Assembly (NCBI GenBank): GCA_964653305.1
Contig: CAZZEV010000002.1
Span: forward strand, 1 to 35,843
Direction: 5' to 3'
Length of the DNA stretch: 35,843 nucleotides
Source: an uncultured Cellvibrionaceae bacterium
GTDB lineage: Bacteria > Pseudomonadota > Gammaproteobacteria > Pseudomonadales > Cellvibrionaceae
Positions within the stretch are counted from its first letter, which is position 1. Each line of letters starts with the position of its first letter. The translations under genes were made by a program, and so were the position numbers. Below are positions 1 through 7,254 of the stretch, one piece after another. The notes beneath the pieces are model-generated. The model was not told the DNA's origin. It ran no database searches and saw only the letters and a list, made by a program, of their open reading frames with translations.

Positions 1-186
1 TCGGGTCTTGGCTCAGTGGTGGCGGAAAAGTTGCGGGCTGAGTGATAGATGGGGCGGGCTGGTGCTCAGCGGACGTGAGCTGGCTGACGAAGGGGTGCGG
101 ATTTCTGGTTTCTTAGTTGTTGGCATGGCTCAAGGTCCTGCTGGTTAGGCTGGAAAGATTCTTCGTGTGATGCGGTAGCGCAAAGT

Positions 187-214
187 AGCATAAAAAAGAG
201 CTGGGTGGTGCGAA
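187..214 (-). promoter_or_regulatory. possible divergent sigma70 promoter
   Basis: The minus strand reads TTCGCA-16 nt-TATGCT, upstream of an ATG at 126 that has an AGGA SD. Weak match. Confidence 0.25.
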
Positions 215-261
215 TCTTGTCAAACTCAGCAGATAATCAGAGGCTTCGCTTGTGAGTGTAG

Positions 262-273
262 GGCGGTAGCGTG
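262..273 (+). promoter_or_regulatory. ops: ops element (RfaH/NusG-paralog loading site)
   Basis: GGCGGTAGCGTG is an exact match to the canonical ops consensus GGCGGTAGnnTG. It lies on the coding strand 19 nt before the first gene of a >35-kb polysaccharide operon. Confidence 0.75.
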
Positions 274-292
274 CCCGTTGTGATTTAAGTCA

Positions 293-1033
293 GTGACCAA
301 ACAAAGCCAGTCGAATCTGCCGCAGCACATTGCCATCATCATGGATGGCAATGGGCGCTGGGCACAAAAGCGCCACATGCCGCGAACGGTGGGGCATGCA
401 AAGGGTGCGGCTGTTGTCAGGGCACTGGTAGAACAGTGTGCCAAGCTTGGGGTGAGGTACCTCACCCTCTTTGCATTCAGCACAGAGAACTGGGGTCGCC
501 CTGCTGAGGAGGTGTCCACCCTCATGGGTCTCTTTGTTCAGTACCTCGAGAAAGAGATGGGTGCATTGGCAGCAGCTGGTGTGCGTCTGAGGGTAATTGG
601 AGACGTGGCGGGCCTTGCTCCAGAGCTACAAACGCGTATCCGTACAGTCGAGCAAGTCACACAACAAAACCAAGCTATCAGGTTGGTGGTGGCAGCTAAT
701 TACGGTGGTCAGGGGGATGTGGTGCAGGGCGTTAAAAGCGGGCAAGCTGCCCACCCATATGCAAGCGTAAGCCAGCTCACCCAAGCGCAGCTGTCACAAC
801 ACCTGAGTACCGCAGGAGTGCCTGATGTAGACCTCTTGATTCGTACTGGCGGCGAGCAGCGTATCAGCAATTTTTTGCTGTGGCAAGCGGCCTATGCCGA
901 GCTGTACTTCACCGATGTGCTGTGGCCCGACTTTGAAGAGGTCGAGCTGCGCAAGGCCTTAGTTAGCTACGTTCAGCGCACGCGCCGTTTTGGTCAAACG
1001 GGTGAGCAAATAACCGACCACATCCAACCGTAA
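293..1033 (+). CDS. uppS: cis-prenyltransferase / undecaprenyl diphosphate synthase
   Basis: Motifs HIAIIMDGNGRWA, FAFSTENWGRP, LLIRTGGEQRISNFLLWQAAYAE and RRFG. GTG start with no clear SD. Confidence 0.95.
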   Translation: MTKQSQSNLPQHIAIIMDGNGRWAQKRHMPRTVGHAKGAAVVRALVEQCAKLGVRYLTLFAFSTENWGRPAEEVSTLMGLFVQYLEKEMGALAAAGVRLRVIGDVAGLAPELQTRIRTVEQVTQQNQAIRLVVAANYGGQGDVVQGVKSGQAAHPYASVSQLTQAQLSQHLSTAGVPDVDLLIRTGGEQRISNFLLWQAAYAELYFTDVLWPDFEEVELRKALVSYVQRTRRFGQTGEQITDHIQP

Positions 1034-1040
1034 AAGTCGC

Positions 1041-1913
1041 ATGACAGCCAATCAAACCTCATTTACACACGCCCACGAAGAAGACGAAATTAGTCTGCTC
1101 GACATCTTGTTAACCTTAGCCGAGTCTTGGAGGCTGCTGGTTTTGGGGCCTCTTGTGGTCGGCGTGTTGGCCGGGTCGCTGAGCTTTTTGTGGCCCAAGA
1201 CTTATGAGTCCGTGGTTATCGCGCGCTTGAGCGAGCAAGATCTTGGCCTTTTAGGCACTCCAGCTGTGCTCAATCCCGTGATAACCAAGTTCGAAATGCA
1301 GGTTAATACAGGGGGTATTCGAGGCGAGACCTCCAGCGTGTTGGTTAAAAAAATTGCGAGCAAAATTGATAAAAAAACAGGCTTTGCAACCATTAGCTTC
1401 GCTGCGGGCTCGCCAGAGCAGGCCAAAGAATTGGCCGAGGCTGTTATGCAAAGCCTTTTAAAAGAGTTGCTCCCCAAAGGTAATGACAAACTTAAAATAG
1501 AACAAATTATTCTCGCTAACGAGCGAAAGATCGAAATGATTCAAGATGTTCTTGATCAAATGCTCAAACAAATAAAGAAAAACAATCTAGATGATCTGAA
1601 AAACGAGCAAAATTTAAAATACTTTCAAAGTCTGACAGCTGAAGTTACGAAAGTTGAGCTTGAAAATTTAGAGCTTCGTAATAAATTAATGCCAAAGGGT
1701 GCGGAGGTGTATGTGCAGTCCCCCAGCTTGCCTAAAGGCAAAGTTTCGCCCAAGGGCGGCATGGTTGTAATAATTTCGGTGTTGGTCAGTGGGTTTGCTT
1801 TGTTATTGTGGGTTTTTGTACGCAAATCTTGGGGGCAAGCCGCTAAAGAAGCTGACAATGCAGAGAAGATAAAGCGAATCAAGGCTGCGTTGAGTCTGAA
1901 AGCGCTTTGGTGA
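1041..1913 (+). CDS. wzz: Wzz/FepE-family O-antigen chain-length determinant
   Basis: N-terminal EDEISLLDILLTL followed by a TM helix and PKTYES, a central coiled-coil, and a Pro-rich PSLPKGKVSPK segment before the C-terminal TM. Confidence 0.88.
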   Translation: MTANQTSFTHAHEEDEISLLDILLTLAESWRLLVLGPLVVGVLAGSLSFLWPKTYESVVIARLSEQDLGLLGTPAVLNPVITKFEMQVNTGGIRGETSSVLVKKIASKIDKKTGFATISFAAGSPEQAKELAEAVMQSLLKELLPKGNDKLKIEQIILANERKIEMIQDVLDQMLKQIKKNNLDDLKNEQNLKYFQSLTAEVTKVELENLELRNKLMPKGAEVYVQSPSLPKGKVSPKGGMVVIISVLVSGFALLLWVFVRKSWGQAAKEADNAEKIKRIKAALSLKALW

Positions 1914-2000
1914 TTGTGTTAAGTTTATCTCGATACTGTAGTCTGGCGGGAGTCTGATTACCGATTATTTTTGATGTAGATAATTTTCAAAGAAAAAATC

Positions 2001-3176
2001 ATGTTCATACCTTATGGTCGTCAAAATATTTCAGAAGCAGACATAAAAGCTGTGCAAGATGTATTGGTGTCGGACTACTTGACTCAAGGTCCTGTTGTTC
2101 CTAATTTTGAAAAAATTGTTGCCGAATATTGCTGCGCTAAATACGCGGTAGCCGTAAATAGTGCAACGAGTGCTTTGCACATAGCCTGTTTGGCTCTCGG
2201 GGTTGGGCCAGGCGATAGCGTTTGGACTAGTCCTATAAGCTTTGTTGCTAGCGCAAATTGCGCACGTTATTGTGGCGCTGAAATAGATTTTGTAGACATC
2301 GATCCTCTTACCTATAATATGAGCGTCGATGCGTTAGCATTGAAGCTTGAAGAGGCAGATATCAAAGGCCGATTACCGAAAGTTGTTATTCCTGTTCATC
2401 TTTGTGGGCAATCATGCGACATGGAGGCAATTCATTCGCTTTCTCGGCAGTATGGCTTTTACATTATTGAAGATGCTTCGCATGCGATCGGTGGAAAATA
2501 TAAAGATGAAAGGATTGGAGGCTGTCGTTACAGCAACATTACAGTGTTTAGCTTCCATCCTGTAAAAATCATAACGACTGGCGAAGGGGGGATGGCACTA
2601 ACAAATGACCACGATTTACTGCGGCGAATGGCACGTCTGAGAAGCCATGGTATTACAAGGGATGTGCTAGAAATGACTGCCGACTCGGACGGTCCTTGGT
2701 ATTACCAGCAGTTAGAATTAGGTTATAATTACCGGATGACTGATATTCAGGCTGCGCTTGGCATTAGTCAGATGAAGCGTTTGAACGAGTTTGTTGTGGA
2801 TCGACATAAAATCGCTGCTACGTATAATAAACTATTGGCTTCTATGCCGATAACACAACCTTTTCAGCATGATGAAACTTATTCTGCTTTTCATCTTTAC
2901 GTAATTAGGTTGAAACTTGATTCAATCAACTTAAGTCATAGGCAAGTATTTGAAGGTATGCGGAAAATTGGGGTGGGTGTAAATCTTCACTACATTCCAA
3001 TTTATCGCCAGCCGTATTACTCAAGGATGGGATATGAGCCTAATAGTTTTCCAGAATCAGAACGGTATTATAAAGAGGCGATTAGTTTGCCAATTTATCC
3101 TGGATTGGAGGAGAAGCAGCAGAAGATGATTGTCAATGCCATACTTTTACCAAGTGGGTACCAGGCAATATTCTAA
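2001..3176 (+). CDS. pseC: UDP-4-amino-4,6-dideoxy-N-acetyl-beta-L-altrosamine transaminase (DegT/DnrJ family)
   Basis: MFIPYGRQ, LTQGP, NSATSALH, IEDASHAIG, FSFHPVKIITTGEGG (PLP lysine), WYYQQLELGYNYRMTDIQAALG; lies in a pse gene context. Confidence 0.93.
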   Translation: MFIPYGRQNISEADIKAVQDVLVSDYLTQGPVVPNFEKIVAEYCCAKYAVAVNSATSALHIACLALGVGPGDSVWTSPISFVASANCARYCGAEIDFVDIDPLTYNMSVDALALKLEEADIKGRLPKVVIPVHLCGQSCDMEAIHSLSRQYGFYIIEDASHAIGGKYKDERIGGCRYSNITVFSFHPVKIITTGEGGMALTNDHDLLRRMARLRSHGITRDVLEMTADSDGPWYYQQLELGYNYRMTDIQAALGISQMKRLNEFVVDRHKIAATYNKLLASMPITQPFQHDETYSAFHLYVIRLKLDSINLSHRQVFEGMRKIGVGVNLHYIPIYRQPYYSRMGYEPNSFPESERYYKEAISLPIYPGLEEKQQKMIVNAILLPSGYQAIF

Positions 3177-3232
3177 AGCTTATAGGTAATGGTGAATGAT
3201 TTAGCAATCTGATGGTCGGGGTGTAGTCGAAT

Positions 3233-4111
3233 TTGAGTGCTGAAAAACTAGGGTTGGGGACTGTGCAGTGGGGTGTTGCATATGGCATTTCCAACAAGGT
3301 GGGAAAGACGTCTCCAAGCGTTGTGACGGAGATACTCTCGTTGGCGCAAATGGCGGGTGTTAAAGTGTTGGATACGGCTTCTTTGTACGGAGAGGCCGAG
3401 GGTGTTCTGGGTGGGAACCGATTGGAGGCGTTTAAGATTGTTACCAAGACTCCTAAGTTTGAGTCGCAGTTCATTGGTCCCCATCATGTTGAGCTAATGT
3501 TAGATACTTTTTCCCGGTCACTCGAAAGGTTATCGGTAGACAGGGTTGATGGAATTTTGGTCCATAACGCGGAAGATATTTTGGTTGACGGGGGAGGGCT
3601 TCTGGTGGCGGGTATGGAGCGCTTGAGGGAGTTGGGAAAGGTTTCAAAAATTGGGGTTTCGATCTATGATGTAGGGGGCCTTGATGAACTTTTGCGGAGA
3701 TTTACGCCGAACTTGATCCAGCTACCTCTGAGTGTTTTTGATCAGCGGCTGATCCAAAGCGGCTGGCTTGATCGTCTCAGTGGCTTGGGTGTGGAAATTC
3801 ATGTTCGCTCTGTCTTTCTTCAGGGATTGTTGTTAATGCCGTTGGATAATCTACCAATTTATTTCGATCCGATTCGCCCGCTATTGGCGCGTTGGCATGC
3901 GGCAGCTAGAGAGCAGGGCATGTCACTAATTCAAGCTGCACTTGCATTTGTTCGAGATCTGCCGCAGGTTGATTGTGTGTTGGTTGGTGTCGAGTCGGTG
4001 TCTCAATTTCAGGCTTGCCTTCAAGATTTTTCTGTTCCAACGTCATTCGATGCTAAAGGGTTAGCGTGCAATGATTTGGCATTTGTAAATCCTGTATTTT
4101 GGAAAAAATAG
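3233..4111 (+). CDS. aldo/keto reductase
   Basis: KLGLGTVQWG..YG, LDTASLYGEAE, SLERL, KIGVSIY, HVRSVFLQGLL. TTG start. Confidence 0.85.
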   Translation: MSAEKLGLGTVQWGVAYGISNKVGKTSPSVVTEILSLAQMAGVKVLDTASLYGEAEGVLGGNRLEAFKIVTKTPKFESQFIGPHHVELMLDTFSRSLERLSVDRVDGILVHNAEDILVDGGGLLVAGMERLRELGKVSKIGVSIYDVGGLDELLRRFTPNLIQLPLSVFDQRLIQSGWLDRLSGLGVEIHVRSVFLQGLLLMPLDNLPIYFDPIRPLLARWHAAAREQGMSLIQAALAFVRDLPQVDCVLVGVESVSQFQACLQDFSVPTSFDAKGLACNDLAFVNPVFWKK

Positions 4112-5007
4112 AAAAGCCAATTCAATTAGGTTTAATTGGAATGTCTCCGGGGAACGGGCATCCCTATTCGTGGGGGGCGATTTTTAACGGTTACGATCCA
4201 GTTCAGATGGAGAAATGTGGTTTCCCTGTTATACCGAGATACCTGCAGCAGCAATCGTTTCCTGAGGCAGCAATAGGGGGGGCAAATGTTACGCATGTAT
4301 GGGCTCAGGAACGAGGGATGGCAGACCAAATATCCAGGTCAGCATTGATTCCAAAGGTGGTTGATAACTTTACTGACATGATAGGTCATGTCGACGGCCT
4401 GTTACTGGCACGTGATGATGCAGAGATGCACCTCCATTTTGCGGCTCCTTTTCTCGATGCCGGGATTCCTATATACATCGATAAGCCATTGGCGCTTTCA
4501 GTTGACGAAGCTCAGAAGCTGATCGACCGACAGCGCTTCCCAGGTCAGCTATTTTCTTGTTCGGCGTTGAAGTACGCCAAAGAATTGATCCTAATAGATG
4601 AGGACTTGGCGAGATTAGGGATGATTCGCTATGCTGCTGCAACTGTGCCCAAAGATTGGGATAAATATGCAATTCATGCTATTGATCCAATATTGCAGCT
4701 TGTCGGTGACCGCGGTGACTTGATTGGAACACGTGCATCAAGCGATGGAGGTTTCTTCAGTCTAAGCGCTACGTATAGTGATGACTTTCATCTCAGGATC
4801 ACCGCGCTTGGAAAGGTTCCAGCCCCAATTTCAATTACAGTTTTCGGTGAGCTAAGTTGGAAGGAGCTCGTTTTTAGAGATTCATTTAATGCATTCAAAT
4901 TTGCACTGAAAGATTTCGTGGATGGGATACGCAACCACGACGTCCGTACCAAGCCGCAGGAGATGCTGAACGCAATCCGACTTGTAGAGGCGGGAAGAGT
5001 ATTTTGA
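4099..5007 (+). CDS. Gfo/Idh/MocA-like NAD(P)-dependent oxidoreductase
   Basis: N-terminal LGLIG Rossmann strand, H..FAAPFLDAGIPIYIDKPLA (EKP-like motif) and YAIHAID. Overlaps both neighbours. Confidence 0.72.
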   Translation: MEKIEKPIQLGLIGMSPGNGHPYSWGAIFNGYDPVQMEKCGFPVIPRYLQQQSFPEAAIGGANVTHVWAQERGMADQISRSALIPKVVDNFTDMIGHVDGLLLARDDAEMHLHFAAPFLDAGIPIYIDKPLALSVDEAQKLIDRQRFPGQLFSCSALKYAKELILIDEDLARLGMIRYAAATVPKDWDKYAIHAIDPILQLVGDRGDLIGTRASSDGGFFSLSATYSDDFHLRITALGKVPAPISITVFGELSWKELVFRDSFNAFKFALKDFVDGIRNHDVRTKPQEMLNAIRLVEAGRVF

Positions 5008-5768
5008 TGGCTACAAGAACTATTTTATTAACCGGCGCTACCGGCAAATTCGGTAAAGTACTAACTCGGCATTTTGTCAGTGCAGGGGATACGGTAATAG
5101 GAGTGTCTCGATCGTCAGAGTCTTTGGACTGCTTGAGCAAGATGTTGGATGGATGTGGCAATCGTTTCACTGGTATAGCGTCGGATCTTACGGCTGAAGG
5201 GGGGGTTGCAAGGCTTTTAGACGAGTTAGCATCTCGCTCCATTAATCCGGATTGTCTGATTAATAATGCGCGCAATATCAACTACCTTAAGGTGCAGAAT
5301 AATGGTATAGTCAGTCGTGAAAACTTCGCAAAAGAGTATGTTCTGGATGTTGTAGTTCCCTATGAGTTGACAATGCTGCTCGCCAAGCAGTCTGATGCGC
5401 GTCTATCGAGGGTCGTAAATATAGGATCGCAGTATGGTAGCGTCGCTGCAAATCCTTCCCTGTATGACGATCCTGAGCGGCAATCTCCAATCCACTACAG
5501 CGTTGCCAAGGCGGCATTGGTTCATTTGACGCGTGAGATGGCGGTGCGCTTAGCTAAGCAGAAGGTGCAGGTAAATTGCGTAGCATTTGGAGGTGTCGAG
5601 GGTAGAGTCGATGAAGCCTTCATGCATAGGTATGCGAAATTGTGTCCAATGGGGCGTATGCTTAGTGAGGATGAGTTGGCTGGGCCCGTAGACATTCTTC
5701 TTTCACAATACAGCAATGGCATAACCGGGCATACCTTAATGGCTGACGGTGGTTGGAGTTTGTGGTGA
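5007..5768 (+). CDS. short-chain dehydrogenase/reductase (SDR)
   Basis: TGATGKFG, LINNA, NIGSQYG, YSVAK (YxxxK), VNCV, ITGHTLMADGG. TGATG coupling with the upstream gene. Confidence 0.9.
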   Translation: MATRTILLTGATGKFGKVLTRHFVSAGDTVIGVSRSSESLDCLSKMLDGCGNRFTGIASDLTAEGGVARLLDELASRSINPDCLINNARNINYLKVQNNGIVSRENFAKEYVLDVVVPYELTMLLAKQSDARLSRVVNIGSQYGSVAANPSLYDDPERQSPIHYSVAKAALVHLTREMAVRLAKQKVQVNCVAFGGVEGRVDEAFMHRYAKLCPMGRMLSEDELAGPVDILLSQYSNGITGHTLMADGGWSLW

Positions 5769-6466
5769 AAGATATTGCCATTATTCTCGCCCGAGGTGGT
5801 TCTAAGCGGCTACCAAGAAAAAATATCATAGATTTTCATGGTAAGCCGATGTTGGCTTGGTCTGTCGAGGCGGCCTTGAGCAGTGGTAAGTATCAGCGTG
5901 TATTAGTGTCGACGGATGATGAGGAGATAGCTCGGGTAGGAATGAGGTTCGGTGCAGAGGTGCCATTCCTCCGGAGCGCTTCGGCCGATGACGTTTCGTC
6001 CGCCAGTCAGGCAACTCTTGTAGCACTAAGGCAGGCGGAGCAGTACTGGGGAGAAGAGTACGACACTGTTTCTCAGTTGATGAGCAACTGCCCGTTGAGG
6101 GGTTCAGACGATATACGTGATGCGTTGCGAAACTTTAAAGAGCAAGGCGCTGAGTCGCAGCTCAGCTGTTTCCGCTTCGGTTGGATGAATCCTTGGTGGG
6201 CGATGAAATTGGACCCTTGCGGTCGTTCTGAGCCTCTGTTTAAGAAATCACTTGAAGCGCGTTCTCAGGATTTGCCACCGCTCTACTGCCCAAGTGGCGC
6301 GTTGTGGATTGCACGAGCTCAGGTTTTAAGAGAAGAGCGCACATTTTATACTCCGCGACATGTTTTTCATCAGATGCACTGGTTGTCGGCCATGGACATT
6401 GATGACTTAGAAGATTTGGAGATGGCCAAGGCCTGTTATCTCATCAAGCAACAAGGCCGGATTTAA
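5765..6466 (+). CDS. pseF: CMP-nonulosonic acid (pseudaminic acid) cytidylyltransferase, NeuA/PseF family
   Basis: IAIILARGGSKRLPRKNI, VSTDDEEI, FGAEVPFLR, RSQDL, DIDDLED. GTG at 5765 with a GGAG SD, overlapping the SDR stop. Confidence 0.88.
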   Translation: MKDIAIILARGGSKRLPRKNIIDFHGKPMLAWSVEAALSSGKYQRVLVSTDDEEIARVGMRFGAEVPFLRSASADDVSSASQATLVALRQAEQYWGEEYDTVSQLMSNCPLRGSDDIRDALRNFKEQGAESQLSCFRFGWMNPWWAMKLDPCGRSEPLFKKSLEARSQDLPPLYCPSGALWIARAQVLREERTFYTPRHVFHQMHWLSAMDIDDLEDLEMAKACYLIKQQGRI

Positions 6467-6689
6467 TGAGGTGTATTTCGTCTTAAGGGTGAGTTCTGCT
6501 AAGGGTAATAGCTTTCAGCTATATCTTCTAATGAGGCCAGCTCTTGTCAGCCAGTTGGAAACTAAACAAATAAAAGACCAAGTAAAGATGAAAAACATCT
6601 GTAATTCGCAAGTGCTTACGAGTGTAACAAACACCTAATCTTTTAAATCAAAAAATATCATGTGCAAGTTATCCATAGTTAGGTGATTT

Positions 6690-7088
6690 ATGAAAAATTG
6701 TGAGAGACGGCAAGATCGTGATTTCGGACTATTTTTTAGCGCACTGTTTATGCTGCTTTCAGCATACTCAACTTACCGAAGTGCGGGTATAGCCCAAATT
6801 GCTGGGTTCCTTATTTTGGGACTAATTATCGGGTTTATTGCCGTTGTTGCCCCGGTTTTCTTGAATCCATTCAGCAAAGCTTGGATGAAGTTAGGCGAAA
6901 TTATGGGGAAAATCTCAAGCCCACTTGTATTGGGTGTAATCTACTTCGTGCTAATTACACCAATTTCATTGTTATTTCAGATATTTGGCCGCGATGCCCT
7001 ACGTCTGAAGAAAGAAAATGTAAATTCCTACTGGATAGACCGGGTGCCACCAGATATCTCCAAGGACTCTTTTAAAAATCAATTTTAA
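6690..7088 (+). CDS. SxtJ-family small membrane protein
   Basis: DRDFG start, two TM helices, WMKLGEIMGKISSPLVLGVIYFVLITPI, GRDAL, SYWI, C-terminal QF. This is the layout I recognise for SxtJ homologs, and it is next to a carbamoyltransferase. Confidence 0.8.
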   Translation: MKNCERRQDRDFGLFFSALFMLLSAYSTYRSAGIAQIAGFLILGLIIGFIAVVAPVFLNPFSKAWMKLGEIMGKISSPLVLGVIYFVLITPISLLFQIFGRDALRLKKENVNSYWIDRVPPDISKDSFKNQF

Positions 7089-7095
7089 GAAATAT

Positions 7096-7245
7096 ATGGA
7101 TTTCATCAAAGAATTATGGAAATTTTTGCGAGCACGTAAAAAACTTTGGCAGTTACCCATAATTGTTATCATTGTGTTGTTTGGGGTCCTACTTTTTGCA
7201 GCCCAAGGAACAGTCATTGCGCCATTTGTATATACATTGTTCTAA
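7096..7245 (+). CDS. 49-aa single-TM peptide, SxtK/DUF5989-like, with C-terminal FVYTLF motif (absent from the ORF track)
   Basis: Manual translation: MDFIKELWKFLRARKKLWQLPIIVIIVLFGVLLFAAQGTVIAPFVYTLF*. It fills the gap between the SxtJ-like gene and the carbamoyltransferase. Confidence 0.88.
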   Translation: MDFIKELWKFLRARKKLWQLPIIVIIVLFGVLLFAAQGTVIAPFVYTLF

Positions 7246-7254
7246 ATTTATTTT

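Noticed and set aside
13-126. Minus-strand ORF MPTTKKPEIRTPSSASS... (37 aa) with an AGGA SD
   Set aside because: It stops after 37 low-complexity codons with no recognisable family. It might be the frameshifted start of a divergent gene, but the window edge prevents a call.
217-237. TTGTCA/TTGACA and GATAAT promoter-like hexamers upstream of ops
   Set aside because: The spacing between the best -35 and -10 candidates (9 or 25 nt) is incompatible with sigma70.
700-745. Gly residues in uppS (YGGQGD, KSGQ) where Trp might be expected
   Set aside because: These could be T>G sequencing errors or neutral variation. The catalytic motifs are intact, so it is not called a pseudogene.
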